The position numbers were made by a program, and so were the translations under genes. A DNA stretch of 64,000 bases from the NCBI GenBank assembly GCA_030390025.1, contig CM059433.1:10790001-10854000 (forward strand), written 5' to 3'. This stretch comes from Squalus acanthias (lineage: Eukaryota). Shown here piece by piece: positions 19,411-31,273 of this stretch (the first letter of the stretch is position 1; the number at the start of each line of letters is the position of its first letter). The notes under the pieces are model-generated. The model ran no database searches and was not told the origin of the DNA. It saw only the letters and a program-made list of their open reading frames with translations.

Positions 19411-22089
19411 GTGCCAATATTCAGTGTTTTTCTCTCTCTTCCATCCCTGTGAATTGCGTGAATTAACACAATAGTGCAAAATCAACAAACTACTCACAAA
19501 GTTGCAAGTGCTGGCAACATTGGTAATTCGAAAGAGTATTTCAGCCCTTAGCACGGACCTTGATGAGAAAGAGATGCACCAAAATTGAAAATAAAATCAT
19601 ATTGAAGATGAGCACTTCTGCTGAGCATCCCAGCTGTTTATAATTAAGCGTACTGATATAAATAGGTCTGCTGTGCCTATCTGAATGCAAGATGAGAACG
19701 TAATGGCTGCTCCACAGTTTGATTTATAATGAGCAACGTAAATGAAACACTCACATTTTAGTGGCCTCCATGTTAAATGTTGGCTCTTTCATGTTGCAAA
19801 TATCGAAGGTGTTTTGTGACGGAGTGAAATTCGGCTAATTTGCCACGTTATAAGCGCACAATACAGGAATCACGCAATTACCTTTATACTTCATCAGTCC
19901 TTGAGAAGTATTAATGAAATAGATTTTTAAGAAAGAGCTAAGCAAAGAACCGAATGAGCTTGTCCTGTTTCCCGTGCTGCGTGCAATTGAGTAAACTGAA
20001 GCGATTGTGTCTGTAATCAATTAAAGGTCCCCATTAATGAACTAGGATTTTCGATAACTGTCGTACCCTCAGCAGAATTAGTGGACGAGATTGATATCAA
20101 GCGGTCCCCTTGCCTAGATGGAAAGAAACAATTTTGAAAAATGATGGCTTGTCAAATTCTGACACCAAGAGTTGAAGATGTGTCAAGCTGTATCTTGCTT
20201 TATTCCTCAGCTATCCCATCAGTTGTTTCACATGCACTCAATTGTTTATCGGAATGCCTCGTTTTCTCCGCAAATTTGTAATGTTTTATTTATATGTCTG
20301 TAACATAATTCACCGCTTGGCCTATTTCATTTTTGGCCTTTTGGCTGCTGTCGGAATAATAACTCGTGAACACTAGTGCTTTTGTTGTACAACCTTTATG
20401 TCTGGACCGACGTTTACGTCAAAGTGGGTTGCAAATTTTGATTAATAGAGCTCATAATTTCACAGGGAGCCGTATGGTACATTGGCACAAACAGCAACCT
20501 TTGAACTCTTGGACCTTGGTTCAAATGCCAGACTGGAGCGATGGGATGAAAGTCTCCTGGATATTTAAGCACGCTTACATTTGGCACTTATTTAGCTTGA
20601 ATTGCGGGAGATTGATGTCCGTGTACTGGCAGTGGCAACCTGCATTTACTTTTGCTGAACTGGGCTCTCTTATTCTGACAGCAGAATCAAAGACCCCGAT
20701 TTTCACAGTTGCATTTCTAACTCCGCGTACGTGTTTTTGTTTTCTCTCTGCACATCACAGAGCTGTGTGAAGATGTTTTAACTTCCAAAGCAAGTATTAA
20801 AGTGCTATATATATATATAAGTGTTGGGAATTGAAAGATTAATATGTGGAACCACTGGGGACTTTTCTAATTCATTGTGTGCAGACACGTGCATCATACA
20901 AAGAAATCACATACACAGCTTAATGAATGCATGTGTCACATGCTAAAGTGCACACACCATATAATTAAATCAGAACTGCCGCATGGCGGGGGGGGGGACT
21001 GCTTCAGGACGGCAGTTGGAAATGGTAATTAATGGTAATGGTAGGTTACAGGCTTTTGAAAATAGGTTAGAAACGATGTTCAGACAGGAAATTGCCTTCA
21101 GGTGGGAACCTCTGTAAAAAGGGAACGGCTGAGCACAAAATGGAGGGGAACTGGGGATGGAGGCGGAAACGCTGGCATGCAAATGACGCAATAAAAATGT
21201 GTGAAATGGGATGTGTAATGAAGTGCTTAAATAGATAAAAGAGACAGGGAGGTGACAACGACAGACAGAGGAGATGACAATGGGTGTGAAGCGGATGGGG
21301 CAGGTGGTAATGAGCGTAAAGGGAGGAAGATTAGATTCAGTGAGAAAAATTGACAGGGGAAAGAGGGAGAAAATGAAAGAAAAGATTTGATTGCATTTAA
21401 TGAATATACATCTCAATATACATCTCCTCTCGGTTAAGAAAATATGCAGGATGAACAATATGTTCCTGCAATAACTGTCAGCAGTATTTATTTTTATAGT
21501 TAATATATTCTGTAAATATAGCCTTACTGAGGCCTGCTTAACTGAAATGAATGCTGGAATGCTTATTATCTGTAACATTTCCCAGGAGTAGAATCAATTT
21601 TAAAGCAACTGTGGGCCCTATTTTGCACGTGCATTAATGTTATTGTCCATTTACTGCCAACAGCAGTACGATGTTTTCTGCAGTTATACTACTTTTATTG
21701 CAATTGCCATCGGAATGCATTTTGTTTTGGCAGAGGATTAAATGCAGCAGTAATCGATTGCCCTGTGTTGACCAATAAGTTCATTATTTGAATAAAGTGC
21801 ATTGCGAATTTCTACACTTTTGAGTGCGGTAAACTGGAAACCTGATTTAAAATAGCTTTTAGCTATTTTCAATGGCTCATTGAGTGTATCCAGTGAGTAC
21901 CCGAGCCATTAAAAACTAGGAAGGAACCACATTGAATCCCCATTTTATGTTGATTCAGTCAGGTTGTGCTAGCCCCTGTAATTGGTCCCAATGCCCTTGG
22001 GATAGGGAGAAAAGTATCCAGGTTTCCCATACCTGCTCCTTGAAAGTGAGTTCTGGCAACCTGCATTTACTTTACTGAACTGGGCTCTC

Positions 22090-22425
22090 CCTTTCTTTGT
22101 AACCTCCTCTAGCCCTACAACCCTCCGAGATATCTGCGCTCCTCCAATTCTGGCCTCTTGTTCATCCCTGATTTTAATCGCTCCACCATTGGAGGCCGTG
22201 CCTTCAGCTGCCAAGGCCCTAAGCTCTGGAATTTCCTCCCTAAACCCCTCCGCCTCTCTACCTCTCTTTCCTCCTTTGAGACACTCCTTAAAACCCACCT
22301 CTTACCTGCCCTAATATCACCTTATGTGGCTCGGTGTCAAATTTTGTTTGATAACGCTCCTGTGAAGCGCCTTGGGACGTTTTACTATGTTAAAGGTGCT
22401 ATATGAATGCAAGTTGTTGTTGTTA
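22090..22425 (+). mobile_element. L2 LINE 3' fragment
   Basis: RSTIGGRAFSCQGPKLWNFLP, (TTG)n tail. Confidence 0.8.
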
Positions 22426-22746
22426 TTGTTTCGCCAGGCTTTTCAACCATAGGTGCATCAGACCTGAGTCTTTACCCTGAGTCCAGACATGTGCATTTCC
22501 AGCTGGTGTTGCTGTATAATTATGAGGAGCAGGTCCCTGCTTAACCTGCGGGCACTGAAGCCTATTATAGCTCGCTGACCACCATCCCAGTTGAGATCAG
22601 CAAACCCAGCACAGACTGAGGATCGAACTTGGGATCTTTCTGGTCTGTAAGGGCCCGCTGCACAATACACAAATCAACTGAGCCATTGGGCAGCTTCTGG
22701 ATTGGTGTTTTTTAGTCCACTGTCATTAAATATTTATCGTCATGAG

Positions 22747-23044
22747 GTGTCAGCCGTGACTCAGTGGGTAGCACTCTCACCATTAAGTCAGAAGCTTCTG
22801 AGTTCAAATCACACACCAGCAACTTGAGCACAAAATCTAGGCTGACACTCCAGTACAGTACTGAGGGAGTGCTGCACTGTCGGTGGTGCCGTCCTTCGGA
22901 TGAGGCATTAAACCAAGGCCCTCTGAGGTTGGTGTATGAGATCCAACAGCACTATTCGAAGATGAGGAGGGGAGTTCTCCCTGGTGTCCTGGCCGATATT
23001 TATCCCTCAACCAACATCACTAAAACAGATTATTTGGTCATTAT
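22747..23044 (+). mobile_element. Deu-SINE 5' part, interrupted by the Gypsy element
   Basis: GTGTCAGCCGTGACTCAGTGGGTAGCACTCTC head through ...AACAGATTATTTGGTCATTAT, then LTR sequence. Confidence 0.8.
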
Positions 23045-23165
23045 TGTAATAGATCCGCCTGGTGGACTTCTGATGTATAATAATAATAAAGCCATGTGCA
23101 GTACAGTTCTTACAGCCATGTTGTGTTGAGGTATATATATGCTGTGTCCCAAGATATCACAGAAT

Positions 23166-23184
23166 TGGCGATAAGGATGTGATT
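23166..23184 (+). promoter_or_regulatory. Primer-binding site, probably tRNA-Ser(GCU)
   Basis: TGGCGATAAGGATGTGATT resembles TGGCGACGAGGATGGGATT, the complement of the vertebrate tRNA-Ser(GCU) 3' end as I recall it. It lies 4 nt after the LTR CA. Confidence 0.6.
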
Positions 23185-23334
23185 GCGGATTCCCCAGCTG
23201 AAATTTTTGTTGGAGGATAATCCTGCCAACCGACGGAGGGGCTGTTAGAGGTTCTTCGTTTTGCAGAAAAACTTAAAAATCCAAAGTAAATTTCGAGCAC
23301 ACGTGGCTGAACTGTCGACGCTGCCAGAGTCCAG

Positions 23335-24370
23335 ATGGCCATGCCTATGGGAATAATAGGGTGCTTGGGTGAGTTCCATCGCGACCGAGAGACTTTCGGA
23401 GCGTATGTGGAGCGGCTAGAAATGTTTTTCACCGCGAATAGTATCGTCGAAGTCGCCGATGATGTAAACCGTAACCGGGCGGTTTTAGAAATGAAACCGG
23501 CTATTTTTTTGACTGAAGCAGGCCCCGAGGTGAATGAAACCCTGAAAAATGTGCTTGTTCCCACCAAGCCGAAGGACACGCCACTGAAGGAGATCCTGAC
23601 CAAGTTACAACAGCACTACAGTCCTGAGCCCCTGGAAATTGCTGAAAGTTATCGTTTTAGAACACGCGATCAATTAAATGAGGAGGGTATCAGTGAGTAC
23701 ATTGTAGCTTTAAAAAAGCCATCCATTCACTGTCATTTCGGAAACTTTCAGGACCGAGCTTTGCGTGACCGCTTTGTTTGTGGGTTGAATAATGAACGTA
23801 TCAGAAGTAAATTGTTGACAACCCCTAAATTGACTTTTGACTTAGCTTGTCAGACAGCTATGTCGATGGATATGGCCGACCGATATCCCTGAGAGTTCCG
23901 CACCATTTCCAGTCGTCAAGACAACCGAGGTGGATCGGCTACAGGCTAAAAGTAAAAGGCAGTTGGGCCCCAAGGCCTCAGCAACTGGCCATGGTAACAG
24001 TGCATTGAAGTCGTGCTATCGGTGCCTGGGACAACACATCGCACAAAGCTGTCCATATGTGAAGGCAGAGTTTTTCTACTGCAAGAAAACTGGGCATCTT
24101 GCGAAGGCGTGCCGACAGAAGAGTAAACCGACTGGCAATACTAGAAGTAGAAATCGCCAGACACTACATACCGTTGAAGAGAAGCAGCAGGACGAGGAGT
24201 TTCTGGAGATTCACGTCATCAGGAGCATGAAGGTATCTAACAGTGATTTGCGAGATATCGTCATCCAAGTAGATGTCGCAGGAACCAGGATACCCATGGA
24301 AATCGACACTGGTGCATCCATGAGCGTAGTACTGGAATCACGATATCGCGACAAGTTGCGTGATTATTGA
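23335..24370 (+). pseudogene. Gypsy gag-protease (frameshifted)
   Basis: ORFs 23335-23892 (YVERLEMFFTAN...LRDRFVCGL) and 23930-24370 (zinc knuckles, DTGA protease). Confidence 0.85.
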
Positions 24371-24775
24371 CTGGAGAAATCGAAGGTAGAGCTTCGAGGC
24401 TACTCAGGAGAGCAAATCCCTGTAGTAGGAAGTGTCACCATACCAGTGAAATACAAGGATCAGTGTCAGAGCTTGCCTCTCATAGTAATGGCAGGAGACA
24501 AGCCTGCCTTGATAGGTAGAAATTGTTTGGGATCACTGAAGCTGGATTGGAATGAAAAGTTTTCGTGTGGAAGTGAAATTTGCATCGAAAGATGATGTCG
24601 TCATCAAGCAGTATCCGAAGGTGTTCAGTGAAACGGGCAGTCCGATCAAGACTTCAAGGCGAGTGTCAGATTGCAGAAGGATGCAAGACCAGTTTACTGC
24701 AAGCCACGCCCTGTACCATACACACTCAAGGAGAAAGTTGAGCAAGAACTCAAACGACTAGAAACTGAAAATATT

Positions 24776-25618
24776 GGGCAGAATTTTCATTGAGCCGTGG
24801 AGGTGGGTTTGGAGGCGGGACTGGATTGAAAATAGCTGAATCGGGGGTCCCGACCCCATCCCGTCCCCAACCCGCCTCCATGCCAGTTTCGCTGGAGGCG
24901 GGTACCCGACCTATGCTGGGACCCGCCTCCCCGAGGTGGGAAGGGGATTAATGGCAATAAACTGCCTGTTAACAGGTAGTTAACAGGCAGTTTTTTGCCT
25001 AATCCCTATTTTTATGCCTGAAATGTGGGCTCTCCGACAGGTCCCAACCACGCCGTTTCAGCAAGGCAGACCGTGGGTCTGCAGGGGTTGGAGGGGTTGA
25101 TACGTCCGGTGGGCAGGTGAGTGATGAGTGCATGTGTGCAGAGGTAAGTGTGTAAGGTAAGTGTAAAGTGTGGAAAAAGTTTTACTTACCTCAACTTCCT
25201 CCTGCAGGTGTCAGCCCTTCAGGTCTCGGGAGTCAGAAATCTCACCGGCACAGAAAGCAGAATGGCCGTTGAGCTGTCAAAAGCTGCAGCCTCTGCTTTT
25301 TGTTCTGCAGAGATCTCTAAATCAGCCTGAGAGGAAGGAATTAACTTAGAGTACAGATAGTCAGTGTTTGACAGCTTCAAAGAGCTGTCAAACGCTGATA
25401 TTTCATCTGTCAAAAGCTCTTGACAGATGAAATGTCAATCTGTGACGTCACCTGTTGCCAGGTGGCCCTTAATTGGCCTGCTGAGCCCGCTGGGCGGGCT
25501 CAACAAGGTCAATCAAGTGAAAATAGAGTGGGTTGGCCACAAGTCGATGGAGGCGGGACTACAACCCAAAAAGTGGGAGTCCCGCCTCCATCCCGTCCCC
25601 AGTTTCAAAATCCAGCCC
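24776..25618 (+). mobile_element. Non-autonomous Harbinger-type element, family B-related, inserted in Gypsy pol
   Basis: TIRs GGGCAGAATTTT / AAAATCCAGCCC. TSD ATT at 24773-24775 and 25619-25621. Removing it restores ...[20 protein letters not shown]. Confidence 0.9.
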
Positions 25619-25621
25619 ATT

Positions 25622-26612
25622 ATCTCGAAGGTAGATCTGAGTAATTGGGCTACACCCATTGTTGTTGTACCTAAGTCAGGTGGTAAGGTAAGGTTGTGTG
25701 GTGATTATAAGGTAACCATAAATCAGGTTCTAGTGTGTAATCTACCCAATACATTGCCAAATGTGGAAGATTTGTTCACAACGCTGACGGTGGCCAGATC
25801 TTTTCGAAGTTAGATCTAACAAACGCCTACCTACAACTTGAGTTAGATGAAGAGTCCAAGTCATGCTTGACTATAAATACTCACCGCGGCCTATATCAGT
25901 TCAATAGGCTACCATTTGGAGTGTCTTCTGCCCCCGACATATTCCAGGGGCGATGAACCAAATTTTGCAAGGGATTGAAGGGGTAGTGTGTTATTTGGAT
26001 GATATACTCATTTTAGCACCAAATAGGCAAACCCATGATGAGGTGTTGAATGAAGTGCTCAAACGGTTAGAGAAGCACAGAGTACGAGTGACAGCTCACA
26101 AGTGTGAGTTGTTTCAAAACTCAGTGGAGTACTTAGAGCACAGAGTAGACAAAGATGGTTTACATCCAACCAAGGGAAAGCTGGATGCAATCAGAAATAC
26201 ACCCACTCCCAAGAATGTCTCTGAACTTCGATCATTTTTGGGTCTTTTGAATTATTACGGAAAGTTCCTCCCAAACTTGGCTACATTGTTACATCCACTG
26301 AATGAGCTGTTGAGAAAACAGGTTCCTTGGAAATGGTCAAAAGAATGCGACACAGCATTCAAGGAGTGTAAAAGCCAGTTAGTAGACTGTACCATGTTAG
26401 TTCACTATGATGTATCTAAGGAGATCAAGCTAGCGTGTGATGCCTCTCCATCCGGAGTTGGGGCAGTGATCTCTCATGTACTAGATAGTGGGGAGGAGAG
26501 ACCAATTGCTTTTGCTTCATGCACTCTCAGTGCCAGTGAGCGGAATTATGCGCAGATCGAAAGGGAAGCTTTGTCATTGATTTTTGGGGTCAAGAAGTTT
26601 CGCAAATACTTG
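25622..26612 (+). pseudogene. Gypsy reverse transcriptase / RNase H (frameshifted)
   Basis: [55 protein letters not shown] motifs. Confidence 0.9.
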
Positions 26613-28289
26613 ATCAGCCCTAGGTCATGTTTTGGGTCCTGGAAGAATCTTTTTTGGACCGCTGGGTTTTCATGGACCCCTTAAAAAAGGGTCTGAAGGG
26701 CCACATTTTATTTTGTGGTCACCCCTTTAACTTGAAGGTGCCCGAGAAATGCTCCAAGCAGTGCAGGGGCCAGTGGGGATTACTTAAATGAGGGAACCTC
26801 CCCTTGCCCCTGGAAAGGCTGGCGAGGTTAGCAGCGGAGGTTCCTGGCAGGACGATCCTGGCACTCACGTCGTGATTAAAGGCCAGGGAATTTAGCCCCA
26901 CTATGCTTAATGTAAATATTCATAATTTTCGGTAGGACCAAGCCCCTAGAAATGAGTGCACTAGTGGAGGTGGGGGTGGGGCACCATTTGGAAGAAGTAT
27001 GCAGTATTTTAACTTAGCTGCCTCCATTGAAATAAAACTCGGGAGGGATGTAAAAGGGGCTGCCGATTCACTATTACCTGTTTTACACTATCACACAAAG
27101 TCAAGTGAGTTTGCTTGTGTCGAACAAACATAGATTACTTTCTATGGGAATCAAGGGATAATGCAGGAAAATGGAGTTGAGGTCGATGATCAGCCATGGT
27201 CTTGTTGAATGGCGGAGCAGGCTCGAGGGGCCGTAAGGCCGACTCCTGCTCCTATTTCCCATGTTCTTACGCTCTTACAGTCATCAGACTTTTCTGAGCT
27301 AGTCTGAGTTTGTGCTTTCACAGACGCTAATTGGGATCAGTTTATGGCATGCATTCCGCAGTCTGAATTAGTTTCAAATGGCATACAAAGCCAATCATAA
27401 CTGTATATTCTGCCAACTAATCACCATTTTTATGCTGAATTCTGAGAATCCCACCTCGGACAATTTCCTCAGTGCTCAAGTATATCGAAAAACAATAATT
27501 TCCTTCACTCTGGGGAAATCGCTTTCAAGAATTTTGCATGGTGGGGGGGGGGGGCGGGGGGGCGCAGGATCTTATAAAACATTCTTTAGAATGTGCCGTG
27601 TATAACATTTGAGTTCATGGTAACACATGAAAGCGTGTAATAGTATATGCTGCACTGTAGTGATTTATTTTAATTGTCTCAATGGGACCTGCTATTATAC
27701 CCCTGTAGAATGGGTCATTGCATTAGAAAATTAAAGCTGATGTAAGCTGTTCATTTTTATTCACATTCTCAGCTCAGACTGTCAGACCAGTGATAAGCTG
27801 TATGGCTGGATCTGGTACTACACTAAGCCTCGGTGGAAGCTTTTATAATTAATAGCTGTTGGTGGCATATTATTAACACTGTAAATTACATATTAGCTTC
27901 CTCTAAAGCATTTTCTGCTTATATTTCAGATTTGGTTGTCCACAAACTAACCTTTCAGGGATATCTAGTTTTATAATTATGATACAATGCGGTGCCCTAA
28001 CCTAAGCTGTCAACGTCTGGCTGGTGTCCAAAGGTAGGTGCCTTCTACAGTAGTGGAGAAAGAATCGGATTAGCTGCAGCACGACTTGAGTAGCAGTGTG
28101 GTGAAGTAAGCAAGGTGATGCTGCTGCCTCCGAAGGTTTCTATGAGCATCCCCCACCCGCACCCCTCTCTTCCCCCATGCAACCTCGCCACCACAGGGAT
28201 AGAAATATTGTCCTCGGCAGCAAAGGCAGGCATGTTTTTATTTTTAGCCGTCCATAAGGCGTACGTACAGGTCTCCGAAGCAGTTTCGA

Positions 28290-28380
28290 TCCTTTCATCG
28301 ACCTGAAATGTTGACCTTATGTTTCTTTCTCCACAGATGCTGCCCGGCCTGCTGAGTGCTTCCAGCCTTTTCTGTTTTCA
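28290..28380 (+). mobile_element. Degenerate P1 terminal-repeat remnant
   Basis: GACCTGAAATGTT...TTTCTCCACAGATGCTGCC...CTGCTGAGT...TTCTGTTTT is the reverse of the 10890 unit. The hammerhead 5' core is lost. Confidence 0.65.
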
Positions 28381-28472
28381 TTTACTGTTCTGTGAGTACC
28401 TTCCCTGCCCATTGAGCACATAATTGAGAGGTCGCACAACACCAGGTTATAGTCCAACAGTTTTATTTGAAA

Positions 28473-28510
28473 TCACAAGCTTTCGGAGCTATCGCTCCTT
28501 CCTCAGGTGA
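28473..28510 (-). ncRNA. Minimal hammerhead ribozyme motif (P2) in the Penelope terminal repeat
   Basis: Minus strand reads TCAC-CTGAGGA-A-GGAGC-GATA-GCTCC-GAAA-GCTT-GTGA, the same strand as the Penelope ORF. Confidence 0.8.
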
Positions 28511-28843
28511 AGTAAATTGGATACAGAATCGCCAGAGCATATATAGATGGAAAAAAAAGCATGTGTACTTTACAATTGCAGACCAATAAATTAAATCATC
28601 CTGACTATCTGCCGAGGTGTGATAAAGTTAATTAAGTCAGCCAGGAAGGTACCACATCAAAAGACATAGCAAGATACAACTGAGACAATGAGGTGTAGTC
28701 GCAGGGGTTCTAACGTGTCAAAAGCTGCCGTCTGTATGTAAAACGAAAAGCTTTAAAAAAAATTTACTTTTTTACTGGGAAAATTTTTACTTTTTTACTG
28801 GGAATCACATCTGTGAACAAGCTAACGACGACTCGAGTCCGGA

Positions 28844-29286
28844 TCACGTCATGTATCGTGACATAAACCCAAGATCCCGATTGAGACCGTCTTCATGAGT
28901 GCGGAACTTGGCTATCAGTTTCTGCTCGATGATTTTGCGTTGTCGTGTGTTTCTAAGGTTGCCTTGGAGAACGCTTACCCGCAGATCCGAGGCTGAATGT
29001 CCTTGACTGCTGAAGTGTTCCCCGACTGGGAGGTAACAATCCTGCCTGGCGATTGTTGCGCGGTGCTCGTTCATACGTTGTCTCAGTGTCTGCATGGTCT
29101 CGCCGATGTACCATGCCGCGGTGCATTCTTTCCTGCAACGTATGAGGTAGACAACGTTGGCCGAGTCACATGAGTATGTACCATGTACCTGGTGGGTAGT
29201 GTCCTCACGTGTGATGGTGGTATCTGTGTTGATGATCTGGCATGTCTTGCAGAGTTTGCCATGGCAGGGTTGTGTGGTGTCGTGGT
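28844..29286 (-). pseudogene. Penelope GIY-YIG endonuclease domain (C-terminal fragment)
   Basis: PC..KLCKTC...SCDSANVVYLIRC...WYIGET...RQRMNEH...VGEHF...EQKLI...GLN. Confidence 0.9.
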
Positions 29287-30001
29287 CATTGAGCACATGC
29301 CAGCCCGAAGCAAAGTCGCAAACTGTGCCTTAAGTACAACATTCCCGGATGTTTTTCGGTTGTTCCAACTACTGTGGGGTAAGGCTTACAGTTTCCCCCC
29401 AACACCAGTATAATTGTGGGCAATACTGCAGAAACATTTCTTGAAGTAGTTCTGCAAGATGAACATGGCCTACAAGAGAAATTCCATTTTTTTTTTAATT
29501 TAGCCTGTGTGCGTGGTAAGGTCAGCTCTGGATGATGGGGCACTGCTTTCTACTCTAGTCACCTGGTGCCAGCATCTCCTGGGAACTGACCGCAAGGAGC
29601 ATTGGCAATGGTCTGGGGGCAAGCCATCCATTTGCAATATCAGATGTCGATGTATTGGGGATAATTTGTAAATGGAAAAATAACAAAAATGTCATTAAAA
29701 ACAATGGCCATTCCCTTAATTTTGCCCCTACATTTTTCTTCTACTTGTTTGAAGACACTCAAAATTTCCTGGGGATGGGTGGCGGGGGAGGTGTATTGGG
29801 GGCACAGTGGGTGGGCCAGGACCTGTTTCCACCAGGCTTGCATGTTTATTTTTAATGCTGTCAAACTCCCCCAGGTGTCGATGGGGGCACTTCTTGCAAT
29901 CGTCCCTTCCAATCCGGAGTCACCAGAAGAGGTGGAACTGGTGGGATGACATTATCCATCAGAAACCCTGCCAATTCTGCCTCAGTTACCCCCAACACTA
30001 A

Positions 30002-30868
30002 GGGTTGGATTTTACCAGCCCTGAGGAGGCGGGTTTAGAGGCAGGACTGCTGGGAAAATCCCAAAACATGGGAGCGGGTCCCAAACCCACTCCCAACCCA
30101 CCTCCAACCAATCTTCCCAGGAATCGGGTCCCCAATTTGCGCAGGGTCCCGACTCCTAGCAGCGGGAAGAGAATTATAGCCACTTAACTGCCTGTTAACA
30201 GGTAGTTAACAGGCAGTTAAGAGGCTTTTTCCAATTGTTCGACTGCTGCTGCAGGCCTCCCAATGTCGGGGAACCCCGCCAGGGTAACTGAGGCGTGCTG
30301 TGGGTCTGTTGTTATGTTGGTGTTTGGATGACAGCTGCAGGAGTGGTGTGAAGGATGTAATGGGACACTGGTTAGTATCAGAGGTAAGGACATGTTGTGA
30401 AAGTAATTTTTAATGTGGTTAGATGTTTCCGCAGGTGACAAGCTGTGAAGTGTTTGTGTAGCCTCATCTCATCGGGAGAAGTGACAGATGGCTTCTGCAA
30501 TCTCAGCTGCAGCTGCCATCCGTGTTATCCTAAGGAGAGAGTTATTGGAGAGCCTGGGTTCAAGGGCTCACCTTTGGACAGTGATTATCAGTGTTTGGCA
30601 GCACCTCAATGCTGTCAAACACTGTCAAATCATCTGTCAAACAAGTGTGGTGCATATGCCTTTAAGAAAACCGGCAGATGAAGCGTCATCAACTGACGTC
30701 ATCTGACACTGGCTTTCCCTTAATTGATCGGCAAGCCCGCAGGGCGGGCTTAACAAGGCCAATCAGGGCAAAATAGCGTCTGTGTGTCGGATGTCACTGG
30801 GGGCGGGACTAGAACCTGGAAGGCAGCAGTCCCGCCGCCAACTCGTCTCGGTGAGTAAAATCCAGCCC
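30002..30868 (+). mobile_element. Non-autonomous Harbinger-type element, family B
   Basis: TIRs GGGTTGGATTTTAC / GTAAAATCCAGCCC, flanks TAA/TCA. Reverse homologue of 57575-58431. Confidence 0.85.
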
Positions 30869-31273
30869 TCAGTGCGCCTGCATGTGGTGCGACGGAGACA
30901 TTCTAATGTGCCAGGGCAAGATCATGGCGGAAGTGGGGCACACAACAGCATGAAAATGCAGAGTTTCGAACTGCAATCAATCAGAGTCAGAGATTCCCAT
31001 TGGGAAAGCGGGAATTTTGAATCAGCCAATTTTTTTTTCACGCGCCTTTGGCTGCAGCAGATGGCCCTCTGACATTGCGGTAAGATTCCACTCTCTGAAA
31101 ATTCGGTAACGGTGCAAATGCTACAGGTGCCGGGCCCCCCATGCAAATAAATTTGACCTTGGGATTTAAGACAGAGTTGGGGGAGGTGTGGGTGGCAGTA
31201 CGGAAGTTGTACCCTGGCCACTTCCAGCAGTGCAGCATGGCCCCAGGTATCTCAATTAATGAGTAAAAATATT

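Larger units (their letters stand above)
23045..26612 (+). mobile_element. Gypsy/Ty3 LTR retrotransposon, decayed and 3'-truncated (5' LTR, PBS, gag, PR, RT, partial RNase H)
   Basis: Putative short LTR TG...CA at 23045-23161 containing AATAAA, then a PBS. Gag 23335-23892; zinc knuckles CYRCLGQH..SC and FFYCKKTGHLAKAC; protease [25 protein letters not shown]; RNase H LACDASPSGVGAVISH...ERNYAQIEREAL. Frameshifts present; no integrase or 3' LTR seen. Confidence 0.9.
28422..29286 (-). mobile_element. Penelope-like retroelement, 5'-truncated (GIY-YIG end of ORF, 3' UTR, P2 terminal repeat)
   Basis: 12-bp TSD CATTGAGCACAT at 28410-28421 and 29287-29298. GIY-YIG ORF fragment. Terminal repeat shared with 15445 and 34944. 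Confidence 0.9.

Noticed and set aside
20970..21578. 202-aa minus-strand ORF
   Set aside because: Low-complexity Phe/Ile/Leu-rich translation of a purine-rich tract with no domain signature.
25427..25813. 128-aa ORF as a gene
   Set aside because: A chimera of the inserted element's right end and Gypsy RT.
28290..28320. Functional hammerhead in the P1 remnant
   Set aside because: The CUGANGA core and the 5' strand of helix II are missing.
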